Assembly (NCBI GenBank): GCA_951406725.2
Contig: OX597814.1
Span: 133,052,001-133,116,000, forward strand
Length of the DNA: 64,000 nt
Origin: Octopus vulgaris
Lineage: Eukaryota
Reading direction: 5' to 3'
Both the position numbers and the translations under genes were made by a program. Positions within the stretch are counted from its first letter, which is position 1. Each line of letters starts with the position of its first letter. The notes beneath the pieces are model-generated. The model did not search any database. It had not been told where the DNA came from and saw only the letters and a list, made by a program, of their open reading frames with translations. Positions 24,552 through 40,110 of this stretch are shown here, piece by piece.

Positions 24552-26890
24552 CACCAAACAAACACAATCTCAGCAAACAAACAAAGAGATTAAATCAACA
24601 ATATGCTTCCTCAGTAGCGATGAGTTCCACCGTAAGGTGACCAAAAGAAACCTCACATACTTTGGATCTGTTAACACCAGCGGCTCCTCAGGAAGACACC
24701 ATCACTTCTCCCTCCCATCCGGCTTACTGGCGCACACTTAGAGTAGGCCCATTCACGAAGGCCATTCTTTCCACATTCACTCACCTTTCAACGCACTTAT
24801 TGGGTGAATGTATCTCCCTCACCAACCTCAATTTCCTTTTCAGGTAGTACCTGAAAAAGTCAATGAGGCCTCGGCCAAATCGGAAGGTACCCGTCTTCTA
24901 CCCTTTCAAACGCGTCCACCACACAACCTTTTTTGCCATAGTCACCTGACAGAGAAAAATTGCCCTCCCTTCCCAGTCAGGGGAAAGAAGCGGGGCGTTC
25001 TTCACAATAGACTCGGACGATAGCCGCATCCGTCCTACAAGTGACAATAACTGTTCGACAAAGCTCCACAGGCGAGCAATGTGCAGACACTGTACGAGAG
25101 CATGCAAGAGGGTTTCATCGCTTCGCGTGCATCTAGGACAAGCCAGACTTACTCCACACCCGTGCCTGTAGAGCTTATCTCGAACCAGAAGCGCCCCCCG
25201 GTAGCACTGCCAGGCCAGGAATTCCTGGAACTTATCCATAGTTCCTTCTCCGAAAGTTCTCCGGAAGGAACCAGCCCGTTGATCCCCTTCGACGCCCAGG
25301 ACCTCTTTGAGTACGTGGTCGCTCTTGCTCTGTACTAATCCTCTATAGAATCCCGACGTGGAACTTAACTGACCTTACTGCCCGACTGGCCGAGGGCTGT
25401 GAGTGCTTGGAGACACTCTAGGCGCAAGCGTCCTGCCTCGATCTACGCCTGATCCAGGATTGTAGCTCCGTCAATGAGACGAACTACAGAAAAGCACGTT
25501 CAACAAACGGCGACCACATATGCTCACCGTTAAAGTATCGCTGGAAATGTCGTAGCCTTAGCGCTTGTCTGCACATCCCCAGCCAGAGCATGCTTAGTCC
25601 TCCACACAACGTTGCTGAGAACAAATAGACCTTCTAACAAGCGGTACCTGTCCCTTCCACAGTAAGCAGAAGAGCAAACACACCAGTCCGTCCACCACAA
25701 AACTAGGCAAAGACGACAGTCAGGCAGTAGTATATGACGGATGCGATGTACACATTCGCCACCTCCGCCCGATCTTTCAAGGACAGCTTCTTCTTTGCCC
25801 ATTTCTAGGTGAGACTGTCAGCACTGTCTGTCACCTCGCCCCAGTGCTTGTCCACTTGGAAATCCGTACCGAAACAGACTCTGAGCAACTTAACAGGTCC
25901 TTCCGTCTAGCGCTTCACCACGCTGTCGGCTAGCATGGTCCTGCCGTACCAGGTGCCGAGCTGCAGGCCCACTGACTTTTCCTGGTTGATCATTGCTCCT
26001 GCCACCGCTTCGTATTCCCTTAAGGTAGTGCTGACCATCTCGATTTCCGATATGCCTGAAACTATCACGGTGACGTTGTCCGCATACGCTGACACAAACA
26101 TTCCGCATCCCAGTTCAGGCGGAGCCTCTAGAAACATCCTGCTCACGCAATAATGGCTAGAGAGCCAGTACATAGAGAAGGGGTAAGAGCGGGCCTCCTT
26201 GACGGACCGAACGTGCGATACTGAACGATTCCGAGAGGTGGCCATTTACTTTGACCACCGAACAGGTGTCGATGTACATTGCAGTGAGCCAGCCTCTGAA
26301 AACAGGACCGAAACCAGCCGCCTTGAGGACAACCTCCACGAACAGTTGGTCGACCTTATCAAAAGCTTTCGATTGATCCAAAAGTATCAGGACCCCACCC
26401 ACGCCAGGTGCTTTACCAACCCTCGGTATGATGTATCACGTAAGGTGATGGTTGTTGCTTATAGTTCTGCTGGGGATAGCGCAAGTCTGTGCATCATCCA
26501 CCAGTCAGTCAAGGACAAGCGCCAACCTCTTTGCTAACACCTTGGCCAAAATTTTGTTATCTGTGTTTAGCAGAGTTACCGGCCTAAAGTTATCAAAAAT
26601 GTCCCTGTTGTTAGGATCCTTTCTCAAATCCGAGTATTCTCCCATTCTACTGCCATTTGCGGTAGACTTCTCCCAAAAGCTCACCAAATATGCCAGGCAT
26701 ATGTATATAAAGCTCGAACGGCAGACCATCCAATCCCTGCGCCCTCTCCCTCGTGCAACTAGCCAACGCATCACGTATATCTTCAGCTGTTTGCGGCATT
26801 TCGTAGAACTCCACATCCATGGCCGAAAGCGGCGGTATACCATCAAGGTAAGAAGTGAAGACATCTCCGCCTCCGGGCCTCTGCGCACCG
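24551..26890 (-). mobile_element. Tx1/L1-clade LINE, 5'-truncated ORF2 (RT + C-terminal Cys motif), decayed
   Basis: GLDGLPFELY; NFRPVTLLNTDNKILAKVLAKRL; LDQSKAFDKVD; SVRQGGPLLPLLY; AYADNVT; GAMINQEKS; CPRC..DETLLHALVQC. Confidence 0.9.
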
Positions 26891-27735
26891 GAATTTCAGC
26901 GGCACTGTGCCGAACTGTACGGGGCGCGTGGTGTGTCGGGGACGGAAGTGGATTTAACCTCTTATCACAGTGGCATCCCACACCTCTCGGCCAGGGATGC
27001 GGAGTTCTGCAAAATGCCGATAACAGCCGAAGATATACGAGAGCCGATGTTTAGCTGCGCAAGTGCGAAGTCTCCGAGGCTGTATGATTTGTCCTTCCAC
27101 CTTTATTTTGATATGCCATAGCTGTTCGGTGATATCTTGGCAGATATCTACCACAACAAGCATCAGAACGGGAGAACTCTAAGTGTTGTGTACCGTGGAG
27201 TGGTGGTGCTGCTCAGAAAGGACCTGAACACTGGCTGTTTCGAGGAGCACCCCGCTCGTTCGAGGAGGCTGAATGTTCGTGTCGGCTTTTGCGGACCATA
27301 TTACCGTAATAGTGACCGACATCTCGAAAATCGAGGTGGTCGGCACTGCTTAAGGGAGTACGAAGCGGTGACAGGAGCAAAGATTAACCAGAAGTCGGTG
27401 GGTCTGCAGCTAGGCACATGCAAGTACATGCTGACTGGCAGCGTCGTAGTGCGCTGGACGGAAGGACCGGTAAAATTACTCAGGGTCTGGTCTGGTCCGG
27501 ACCTCCAGGTGGACAAGTACTATGGGGAGGGAACGAGCAGTGTGGCCAATCTCACTCAGAAATGAGCAGATAAGAACTCATCACTGAAAGGTCGGGCGGA
27601 GGTGGCGAATGCGTACATCACTTCTGTCATCAATTACCGCTTGACTGTCGTCTCTTGCCCTGCTTTGTGACTGATGAAACTGGAGCGCTTGCTCTTCCGC
27701 TTTCCGTGGAAGGGACGTGTTCTGCTCGTCAGACA
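26891..27735 (+). mobile_element. Second Tx1/L1-clade fragment of the same family, opposite orientation, internally deleted
   Basis: PITAEDIRE..KSPRLYDL..GVVVLLRKD, then jumps to SAFADHITV..LREYEAVTGAKINQKSVGLQLG..LKGRAEVANAYI. Confidence 0.85.
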
Positions 27736-29044
27736 GTTTGTCTTTGATATTTCGTGCCTACACTCGTTGAGAGAAATGGTTAGGATGAAATAAAAGGAGG
27801 GAGAAAGGGGAAAAAAAGAGAAAAATGTGTAGGTATTATCGTTTGAACATGATGAAACGGTCGGGAGAAAGAGGTTGGTTTAAAAATCAAAGAATGTCAA
27901 CTGAAAGACTTCCGAGTGTGTAAATAAGTTGAAGCAGTGAACAACATAATTCTTTTGGATACTTAAAAATAAGTAAAACCTAAGCATATATGGGAACAGA
28001 CGTATCTATTCTAAATGACATTTGATTCTTAGGAAGAGAATATCCATTTTATTATTATATATTTTCATTTTTATCGAGGTTTTATAAGTTTAGGTCAGCC
28101 ATCTTGCTTTTGGTTCTTTTCCTGCATGTACAAAATAAAATACAAATGCTATAACGTTTAAGAGTATTCGCCGTTCAATTTCTAATATTAAAACAGATGA
28201 ATATCTATCTCTTTCACACACGAAAACATAGTTGCCAAATTCTGACGTCAGAGTCGGTGATTCTTTTGATTAGAGTTATCATTCGTTGGCACTGTCTATT
28301 GAATACATGTAATCCTTGACGTGATTTGATGTGATTCAGAAATTCTAAACTAATTTTTTCTTATTCAGTGATAGTATACAAATGTTTTTCCTTCCAGCTT
28401 TATGTAGTTTATCACATTTAAATACACCTTGGATGACAATTAGCATCATTCTCTTATCACATACACATTAAAAAAAAAACACTTCAACATCCTTTACTAA
28501 ACGTGTGCTTTCTCAATGACAAGAAACCTGAAAAATAAATTCCAAAGTGAAATTGACAAAGAAGATTCTTTCTACAGCAACAAGTAATATAATATAACGA
28601 ACTATGATATCGAGTTTTATATTCCTCCGAACAATATAAACATATACATAATTTCGCTTTTATATCTGGTTTGCAAGATTCTTTATGCGAATTCTAGTGT
28701 TGAAACAAATTTTGTTGTGCTTATGGAAGTTCATTACAACAAATATTATCAACACATACATTGGTTTAATTCCACTGCTTTATTATTAGCCAATTGGTTA
28801 AGTATCCAACTAACTAAACCATTGTTTTGTTTGATTTGGTTAAACAGTAAGCCATTTGTTTTGCTTTGGTTTGCACCTCCTTCCTAACTTCAACACTATT
28901 GCTGCTTAGAATAACACCTACGCAAATTTTATAAACAAAAAATTCAAAAGAGATGTTTCAGGAATTCAATCACTACTACCATCCACAACAGGTCGCTTTC
29001 AGGGCACTTGACCATTTAACATACTACTATCATGGCACTCCAGC

Positions 29045-29131
29045 TTTCTTCTTCTTCTTCTTCTTCTTCTTCTTCTTCTTCTTCTTCTTCTTCTTCTTCT
29101 TCTTCCCCTTCTTCTTCTTCTTCTTCTTCTT
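29045..29131. repeat. (TTC)n microsatellite
   Basis: Direct reading. Confidence 0.95.
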
Positions 29132-29379
29132 CCCTACCAAGAATTCACAAAGACCTCGAACCCAAAAAAGTAAACAAGAGAGACAGAAACAGGCAGAAAC
29201 AAAAAAATGCCACTTGTATTTGAACACTATGCAAATATTTTTTTTAAAAAACGTTTCTTTTAATTTTTCCAAAATTAAATCGCTTTCCATACTTACAGTT
29301 GAAAAAGTCTCAATGACTGAAACCGGTACTGAAATGTTTTTTATAAAATTATTTTAGCATTTGCTACCTGGATTTTTTC

Positions 29380-29546
<167 letters not shown>

Positions 29547-32039
29547 ATAGGAACGTACGCTTGTATGTACACGTCACAATCAAGAACGCACATTAATTTG
29601 CACAACACCGAGATAGAATTTAACTGTGCTCCATAGAATATTTAACAGCAGTCGTGTATGAAATAATAGGGACAGAAAGAAAGTAGTCGATCCATGTAAA
29701 GCAAATTTGCTAAGTAAATTATTCTCTGTTTGCAGTTTCATCAAGTGGTTTGCTCCTCTCATCAGCTAGACTCCAGAAGGACAAATTATCTCCTTCGCTA
29801 CTTATAATTATGGATTTAAAACTCTCTCTCTCTCTCTCTTTCTCTCTTTCACTTTCTTTCTTTCTCTCACTCACACGTGTATGTGCGCGCTCGTGTGTAC
29901 AAACCATATTTATAGAGAAAGCTTAAAATCGATTTAGTTACGTCACCGTGCGCACATTTCATTAACAATGATAGCTATCATACAAGAAAAATCCTTATAA
30001 GCAGATTTCGTTATAAAATCCCCTGAGATCGCATAATAAACATAAATAATATCTAAGGTTTACAATGGATACAGAACAGTGTTATTGTGTCACCGGTCAT
30101 AACTACTGTGCTGAATTGTTTCACGGACTTTACTTAAATATAAAGTGGAAAACCAGACAATGCTTATACAGTATGCTCAAGAAGAAATTAAATAGTGATG
30201 TTGCCATTGTATCTGAGCTAACGAGTAGAAGTAAGGGAGCAATCAGGTTTTATTTGATTAAATTCGGTTTTAACATAGGCTTATATATTCCTTTACATAA
30301 GCGATATGAAAACCTATATTACAGAAAGACTCTAAGCATTGTAGTTTTAAAGACAATTTTATTAGTAGTATTTCATTTAGAATAGTTAAATTGTCAGTAA
30401 GTATACAAATATTTAAATATTATAATGAAGCAAGAAAAGTAATGGATTTAGCGCCGTAAATTCCTCCAGATGATCAAGAAACAGCACCTTAAAGTAATTC
30501 TCTCCCAAAATTTAAGCTACAGTCCGAAGAAAATTTGCTGTCTTCCTAATCCATATCTAAATCAAGATAATAATACAGCAGAATTATAAACTAATATATG
30601 TAATGCTAAATTTAGAAGTATGGAATTAAAATATATAGATAGAAATAAGATAATACGAAAAAATCAATCTGGTACTAATCAAGGGAAAGCTGTTAATAAA
30701 GAGATAAATACTCTCAGGAGACAAATACAGAGCAGAAAACAGCTCCTATAACTGCAAATGATACTGATCCTAAGCCCAAAATTTGCAAAGCCTCAAGTAT
30801 AAATTGGCTAATAGCAATAGTCCTACGACTATACCCGAAGTAAGTTAAATAAATTACACATCTATATCAATGTAAAACGAATAATTATTAATATATGATT
30901 GATGTTACACAGATATCTTCTGAAAAAACTGACGTATACAGATATGACTAAAGCAAAACAATCTAGGGACGTAAGCGTAACTTGATAAAAGGCTTTTACG
31001 CAAGGAACGAACAAAAAGCATAAGTAAGATATTTTTTCGATATGCTAAGGAAGAACTTTCTACTTGAGCATTACCAGCATACCATCTTTACGATTCACAG
31101 CTAAGTCCACATTTTCAACAATACTTTACCTAGCTGATTACGTTGATTACTCTAATATCTCCCATGATTAAGAAATGCATTGAATGCAACCTGGTGTAAA
31201 ATACCAATTTATTAGGCCTCTTAAGGCTCTCTACGAGACTCAATAATCTGTAAATATAAGACAGCGACTCATTGTCGCCTTGTAGGTAATTATAATGTCA
31301 TTACTAAAGCTGGCACTCGATATTATATTGGTTCCATATCAATTCCCCTTGTACCATGACACAATTGCTAAAAAAATATCAAACAATGCAATTTCAAAAG
31401 CAGAACATATATCGAGTAAAAAGTCTAGAGGTACCGACAGTAATATGCAATAAAGTATTACAGTAACAGCCACATGATATAGGAATAACGGAAAAAAACG
31501 TAGGCGTTGCATGATCGAAGCATTGAAAATACTAATTCGCGGAAACTAAAGTATAATCTCATGCGGACAAAGCAATTTTGATCCTATAAAAAAATACCTA
31601 CTGCACGATTAACAAAAAAAAAAGAAAAAAAAAGAAAGAAAGAAAAAAAAAGTTGCAACAACTAGTTAGAAGAATGAAACATTATAGTGAATTATTAACA
31701 TCAAAAAAAAAAACTCACACAGTTAAACTGAAATTATCATTCTAATTGCTTTTCTTCTCATTAATGATATTGTAAAGGTCTTTCTACAGAGCAACATTAT
31801 GCGTCTGAAGCACGAATGGCAAACATCTATTACATTAGATGTATAAAAGCAGAAACAAAATTTGTTTTGGGGGTTCAAATCAGGTCCAACCCAGAAAATT
31901 GAAAGCGCTTTCATTGTCCTGCCAAAAGATTCGTGAGTGCGCTCCCACACCCTGTTTCCCAGCTTACATGTCTTAATTTATGAGTGTATCTAAAAAAATG
32001 TTCTTCTGTATGAAAGAGAGTATGTTTATATATACATGT

Positions 32040-32300
32040 TAACGTAACTGGCATTCCGTTGGTTACGACGACGAGAGTTCTAGTTGATCCTATCAATAGA
32101 ACAGCCTGTTCTTGAAACTGCCGTGCAACCGGCTGAGTACTCCACAGATACAGGTACCTTTAACATATTTCTCAGGGAGATTCAGCGTAGAACAGACTGT
32201 GACAAGGCTGGTTCTTTAGATTACAGGTACAACACATTTTTGCCAGCTGAGTGGACTTGGAGCAACGTGAAATAAAGTGTTTTGCTCAAGTACACAAAGT
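32040..32300 (-). mobile_element. SINE related to family A, head missing
   Basis: Minus strand tgtgtacttgagcaaaacactttatttcacgttgctcca matches the central domain at 5623-5665. Confidence 0.65.
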
Positions 32301-32401
32301 ACCCTAGCCACAAAACCCACGCTTCATCACATATGTATGTGCTTGTGTGTGTATAAAAACATACACACACATATGTATAGGTTTGTTGGCGTGGGTATAT
32401 T

Positions 32402-32451
<50 letters not shown>

Positions 32452-32654
32452 GAGGCGCAATGGTCCAGTGGTTAGGGCAGTGGACTCTCAGTTGCAGGAT
32501 CGCATTTCGATTCCCAGACTGGGCGCTGTGAGTGTTTATTGAACAAAAAACACCTAAATCTCCACGAGGTTCAGGCAAGGGGTGTTGGCGATCCCTGCTG
32601 TACTCTTTCGCCACAACTTTCTTTCACTATTTCTTCTGTTGGCCTGCTCGCTTT
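32452..32654 (+). mobile_element. tRNA-derived SINE (family C), 3'-truncated
   Basis: A-box TGGTCCAGTGG, B-box TTTCGATTCC; homologous to 43604-43902. Confidence 0.8.
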
Positions 32655-34015
32655 AGGTGACGTCAGCAACTGGTGTTTGTAAAATTTAATTGATCTAGAG
32701 GTAGGTGAGGTCTGCAACTGGTGTTTGTATGATGATTTGGAGTTGCGGTTTCGAAACCCGGATGGAAAACTGTAAACTAAAATTTTTAAAATTGTTTGTT
32801 GTTCCTGATTGTTTTTTGTAGAGGAATGAGTCTTTTTTCTTTTTTTCTTAGTGTTTTTTTTCTTCTTTCTAAAGATGTGGTCTATATTTTTTAATGGGTA
32901 TTCTTTCCTTATTTAAACGGAATTGGGTTGAAGTCTTTCCAGTGCATTGATAGAGATGGAAGATTTGGTATTTCGGGTTTATGTCTACAGGGCATTGGTC
33001 GAAGTGCTTGCTTACAGGAATAGTCGTGGGGTTCCGGATTTGTTGCCTGTGCACTGTAAGTCTATTCCTTAAAGTTAAGCTAGTTTGACCTATGTAGTCC
33101 CCACCACACCCTCCACCTTTGAGAACATAGATTAATTACTTCGAAGCACCGGTGAAGTGATTTTTATGGTAAACGTTTGACCTGACTTAAATTGCTATGA
33201 TGCGCCCTCTAAAAGGAAGATGCAAATTCCGCAGTTAGGGCGGCTGCACTTTTTAACTAGTGGGGTTGTATTTTTGGTGGGTAATTGGCGCTGGTGAGTA
33301 ACTTTTTTAGGGATTGTGGTTGTCTCTTGCTTTTGATATTGCTATGTTTTTCCAGTGCCTTTTTTAATTCACGGGTCCTTAATGACGAAGGGTATGTTTT
33401 GGTGGATGATGTTGTATACTTCCATGTTCCTTGGATTGTGTGTTGATATGTAAGATAAAGTTTTAAGTGTGTCATGGTGTTTTCTTATTTTCCGTAACTC
33501 TTGGATATCTATCATCTTTGCACGTTCTATTCTGTTTATGATTAGATAGGCCCGGTATTTTCTTTCTAATAATTTGATTTGAAATTCTTGCAGTCGCTTT
33601 TCTTGGGTTTCGGGAATTTGATGAAATCGTGCAAATTCTTCTCGCTAAGTTGAGAGGTATATTTATTTTAGTATGTCTTGGATGGCAGGAGGTGAATAGA
33701 AGATATTGTTTTGAGTCCGTTGGTTTGAAGATGTCGGTTTCAATTGCTGTATCTCTCTTTATGATTAAGTTGTCCAGGAAGGGTTGTTGTTTGCGGTTGT
33801 ATTCTATTGTGAACTGGATACTGTATTTAATGCTGTTAAGTTTTTAAATTTTGAGAGTTGTTCAACGTTATGTGGCCACAGGATGAAACAGTCATCCAGG
33901 TAGTGTTTCCAGTTGGTAAGTAAGTAGTTTTGGAAGTTGTCTCCAAATTTCAGTCTAGCATATGCCATGACAAAGTTGGTAAAACTAGGGGCTACCATCG
34001 TTCCCATCGCCGCAC
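32655..34015 (-). mobile_element. Penelope-like element remnant (RT + GIY-YIG), decayed
   Basis: GAAMGTMVAPSF; WKHYLDDCFILW; IQFTIE..PFLD..KPTDSKQYL..SCHP.H..IP; KRQPQSLKKLL; CSRPNCGIC; LIYV..YIGQTSLTLRNRLTVHRQQI..KHF. Confidence 0.9.
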
Positions 34016-35639
34016 CGGAAAAAGAAGACGTCACCAGTACCTCAACGAATCAAAAATCAGATCCGTTAGCGGGAAAAAATTATAAATACACACGATTCCA
34101 ACACATGCCGCTACAAGCGAAAGCTCCTACGGAAAGAAGATCAGAGAAATTGTAAACCAAATTCCGTTTTTCTGCTATATTTATTTCTCCCTTGTTTTTT
34201 CTCTATTAACTCAGTATAACTGAAACTTTGATGATATTCATTTCTTGTCGATCACTACAAACATTAATGAGCTTTGTACATTCAAACAAATTGATGTACA
34301 GTTGTAATATTGTTGACTGCTATGAGCATTTAAACTTGTTAACATAATTCTAAATTTGTCTGCTATGAACATTTTAATTTGTCAACCTTGAAACTTTTAA
34401 AGATGCTTATCCAGTTCATTATTTTAAACTTCTACTATTCATGAACAGAACATATTGCTGAAACTAGTTTGGTATATCTACCACATAATTGAAAAATCGG
34501 TGTGTGTTTGCTTGTGGCGTTGTTAGGTAACTCCTACATCGTTTTATTGATTTGATGAAACTTGACACGTGAGTAGAACACATATCGATAACAAGGCTCC
34601 TGGAAGGGATCTTTATATCTACCCCATATAACTAACTTTTTTATACACCCAAGGAATAAACCCATACTACCTGCACAATAATTTTTTAAACACTCAAGAG
34701 AAATAACCCATAGCACCTGCACTTGCAGTTGTTAGTTTTTAGTGAAGCGATCAATATTTGATTCTTACAGTCAGCAGATCTAATTCTGCATTACACTACT
34801 CACAGTTTTCAACTGCAAAATCTTATTATTGCACTTTCTTGATGCATGTAGACTTTCAATGCCCATAACTCCGATAATTCTGCATCTTTGCAGTTAAAAT
34901 GTTTCGATGACACTACATAGATTTTTTATTACAGAACGTAATTAATAAGTGTGTCCCAATACAATGAACTCATAATTTGAATGCTTAAAATTCTTAAAAA
35001 ATGAAACCAAACCTCCACATCACATTCAGTTGGTACACCCTGTATCACTTATACTTATTTTACAAATCATAATATTTATTGCTTATTTACAGTTCATACA
35101 TTTTCATGAAACTAATTGAGACATCGAATTTAGAAATATTTTACAGGTTATGGTCGAGGCTGAGTTGTTTTTATTCATGTGATTATTATCATAACTATGT
35201 TTGTGATTATCACTACCTATATTTTGGTTAATATATTTAGTTTTTTTTTGTTTATATCCACCCTTTTCTAGTAATGTGTTTCTTTTTTAAATCAGTAATT
35301 ATATCTATTTATTCTCCTTTTTGTTCTTGTTTTTCCTTGAATATAAACAATTTCAATAATCCTAAATATACACAAATACCTTTACCATTATATGATACGG
35401 ATTGAAGCAATGAGATACCTTGGATTATATAATCCCCAATGAGGACTTAACTTCCTCAAAATAACTATATATTTCGTTTAATGTACACAGCTTAAATTTG
35501 AAAGAGGAAACTCAATCATTTTAGTAACACGAATAAACACCAATTTTTTACTATAAATAGTAGCATGTAAATTACTGGAATTTAAAAAAAACGCCTTGGA
35601 TATAAAAACATGTCGAGAGTTGCCCGAGAAAATTTGAAT

Positions 35640-35845
35640 GCGGTGAGCTGGCAGAATCGTTGGCAAGACGGACAAAATGCTTCGCAGCATTTCGTTCATC
35701 TTTACGTTCTGAGTTCAAATTCCACCGACGTCGACTTTGCTTTCGTTCTTTCGGGGATCGATGAAAAACTACCTATTGAATACCGGAATCAATGTACCCC
35801 TTCCCACCAAAATTACAGCATTGTGCCTATAATAGAAAGGATTAT
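35640..35845 (+). mobile_element. tRNA-derived SINE with Nin-like domain (family D)
   Basis: A-box GAGCTGGCAGAATCG, B-box GAGTTCAAATTCC, gtcgactttgc..ttcgggg.tcgat domain. Confidence 0.75.
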
Positions 35846-37059
35846 TTATAGCTTTACCTACTCAAGTTCTACAGATAAAAATCGTTTGCTTCATATCTCT
35901 CGAAGTTACTAAATACATACAATGTAAACAACTAGATGTAAAATATTGTGGTCCTCCAAATACATATGATAACCCACAGCTAATCAAACAATTTAACCGC
36001 GCACCAAAGTAGCTTTTTTGCCGTTTTTTCAGCAACAAAACAAGAGAAGAAAGCTTACATTTTATTAAGATGCAAATCGTCTACTTTGGTTCCTTCTGTT
36101 CTCCTACTTGTATGAAAACTTTCTACTAATACTTCCAGTTTATTTTGCCTGTGACAAAAACTTAAGCGAGAGTAAATAATTGATAAAAAAGAAAAGCGAG
36201 AAAGTTGTAAAGCTACTTCACTTTTATTGGAATTGGCGGAATAAAAACGCTCTCTTAGATCTCAAGAATTCATTGAATTGAGTTAGTTTTTGAAATAAAA
36301 TGGGATTTGTTTGTGAACAAAGTGGAATTTAGTGTATAAAATATCTTGAAGCATTTATATAAGTAAATAAACAAACATATTAACGAAAAGTGTTTTTATA
36401 CACAGGTAATTCTTTTCCCGCGCGCGCATGTGTATTTATATGGTTATGCAAGTGCAAATGGAATCTAAATTTCAATTAGAAAGGTTACTCAATGTTTGTA
36501 TTGTAAACACCGTACGGTGTTTATATCTATCTCAGTTTATATCTATCCCGTGAGTGTGAGTGGTGGGATACTTAATGTTGCAACAAAGATTTTTAATAAC
36601 TTCAGAAACAATGGTGAAACGGTCATGCAAATGTAAATAGCAATTTTATTTGATACTAATAATCCACAATCTTTAAGTGGAACGATTTCCAAAATTAATA
36701 AAAGAGTTGCATGAGAGAATTAAATCTAAAATAGCCAGTGGACATCCATAATTAAAGCCAGTGCACACCAAGAAAGACGTTATTAAATAGCAAATAAATA
36801 CATATGAAACTATGACCTTAGGTTAATTAACGAGCTGTCCATATATTTCACTAGAATAAATAAATAACGCGAGAAACAACAGAAGTGTACTTCAAATATA
36901 CAACAACCAGTTGCAGAGTATTTTTTTAAAATAGCATGTATTGAATATTTTAGCTAATACATTGTTTAGTATAGAAGGTATCACGTCTAACCTACAGACT
37001 CATTTTATATTTGTATATATTCATATACTCATAAGAAACTAAGATTTGATCTTGAATAA

Positions 37060-38340
37060 AGAGCGAAGAGTGATAGGTAGAATTAGGTTATTAAATTCAT
37101 TAGTATAGTCCTAATTTCTGTCCTCAAATCCAAGGGATAAAGGAGATCTCCACTCCAGCCGACGGTATCGCGAACAGTATCGAAGGTGGAGAACAGGAGG
37201 ACAGACAATGATTTTAGACTAGTTGTCTTCGTGTTCTGACTGGGACAGGATGGTCACATTTCTTCAGGTGTCTGAAGCTTTTAGTACTAGTGAGCTGTTA
37301 GGAAAATCATCTTGAATGCACCTTTCGATTGTACGGCACTAGCTGATGGAAAAGAGGCTGTAAAAGACTCGCAGAACAAATCAGTCGTTTCCAAATGGCT
37401 GATAGGTACCGACTCGATATCCCGAAAGTAGCGATGCATCATGGGCAAATAACATCGAGTCATCCAGATTGTATCAAGGTAGAGAATTCTGTAGACTAAC
37501 TAATTGATAAGGATATCATAGGTTGTCCGAATTTCAAAGCTACACAGTTCACACATTTCTGATTTGTACAGTCGACCTAGATAAACGTTATAGGCAAGAA
37601 CCAGGTTACTGGAAGCTTGAGGTGACGAACTCCAAAGAAGTTTATTAAAGTAAAGTCGATCAGGTTCAGGAGAAGAAATTGTAATACAGAAATTTAGATT
37701 AGAGGGACACCTAGTTAAAAACCCAGCCGAAGCGCTTCAGAATGGCAATGAGATATCCGTAGTATTACCAAGACTGGTAGAGCCCTAATAAATTTAGATC
37801 AATCGAGAGAATTCGATCGGGTTGACCATCAATATTTGGCGGATGTCCTCAGAACGGTTGGTTTTCGGATCGCCTTCAGAGACTGGATCACTCAATATAC
37901 TACGATATTTGCTCGTTTTGTCCATTAAGTTTACCTTGTCTCTCTCCTTTGGCATGTGCTGACTACAGAGCTACTATTACAAATGCTGTAGGCTTTGAAG
38001 GGCTTCCTAGGCGGGCTAGGATTAGGAAGAAGCGTTTTAGCATATGCTTCACTGTAATATTGCCGGATACCAAACGTATCATCGTGATGGTTAGTACTTT
38101 AAGGGCATACCCTCTTCTACGCTACGAACGTTTCAGCCTATAACCACAAGCTTACTAAAGGCCTATTCACTTGGGCTATTCTCGCTTTCACGCATCCACA
38201 GTTTTTCCAGGCTAAAGGATAAATTAGGAGAAAATTTCCCGCTCCACCTTCAGCTTATTTCTTTGTGGAACTCTCAGTTGTTTCTTTCTGGAACTTGAAA
38301 AATTCGGTGAGGGCTTCGCAGAAAAGTAAAATCTCTGTCT
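37060..38340 (-). mobile_element. Very decayed PLE-like reverse transcriptase remnant
   Basis: Ordered motif ghosts on the minus strand: AKG..LMDKT..SILSDP, CSFEIRTTYDILI (cf. VSFDVxSLFTNIP), QSKGA, RY/V; many stops. Confidence 0.4.
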
Positions 38341-38744
38341 TCGGTCCTTTGTGATTCACCCACCATACCACCTCTTTCATCTTGTTCACTAGACACACAG
38401 CTATACACACTCACACGTACCCACCAACATCTATGGATGATAGTGTGTATGTGAGAGAGAGACTCTGTGTGTGCGCCAGTGTGTGAGGGAGAGACAAAGA
38501 GAGGAAGAGAGAGGGAGAAAGACAGAGTGAGAGAGGTGGAGTAGAAAAGTAATATAATTTCATATTTAACATTTATGCAATATATTACAGACGGTGTATC
38601 TTAAAGATAGTTCAGTGATGAGGAATAGAAAAGCAAAACATTTCTTAAAAAAAAAATACGAATGTTTCCTGGATAAATGGCTGCCACATATGTTGCATAC
38701 TTCTTGGCAGCTGCCATGATGTAAAAGGGTAATGGAATGAATAA

Positions 38745-38800
38745 CGATGATGATCATGAGAATGATGACGATTATTATTATTGAAATTATTATTATTATA

Positions 38801-38885
<85 letters not shown>

Positions 38886-38886
38886 A

Positions 38887-38979
<93 letters not shown>

Positions 38980-38987
38980 CAGCAGTA
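38745..38987. repeat. (ATT/ATC)n(AGT)n microsatellite
   Basis: Direct reading. Confidence 0.95.
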
Positions 38988-39323
38988 ACACAAGAAATGG
39001 TATGTCATTCAGCAGAAAGTTGCTGAAGGAATTGACTACCAATTTACTAATTTCATCCTGATTTCTTTCTGTTCGCTAACTTTTTCTCTCTCTCTCTCTC
39101 TCTTCCCCCTATACTCTCTGCCTACACACTCTCTCTACCCCCTCTCTCTCTCTGTCTACCTAGCTTTCTATCAATCAATCTATCTTTCTATTTCTCCCTC
39201 CCCCTCTCTCCTCTTTCCGTCTTTCCATAGTTATTCCTATATTTTATTCCTCACCCTCCACTTTCTCCTTCCTTTACTCACCCGTCCTCCGCTTCCTACA
39301 CCTACTCCTTCTCATCATCATTG

Positions 39324-39356
<33 letters not shown>

Positions 39357-39570
39357 ACATCATCATCATCGTTTTATTTTCCTTACATTCTTTCCTTCTT
39401 CCTTTATCTCACTTCCTTGTAACAACCCTCCATTGTCTCTTCCTCGTCATCTGTCTTCTTGTTCTTATCAGCTACGTAATGTTTCCCTTCTATCTGTCGC
39501 TTTATTTCTATTAGATTTTTTTGTTTTTTTTGTTCATATAGCGCACCCTCTTCTCTATCTTCTTCATCCC

Positions 39571-40110
<540 letters not shown>

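Noticed and set aside
29722-29772. Minus-strand CTGATGA...GAAA hammerhead candidate
   Set aside because: Helix I does not pair, position U16.1 is A and helix II does not close at the core
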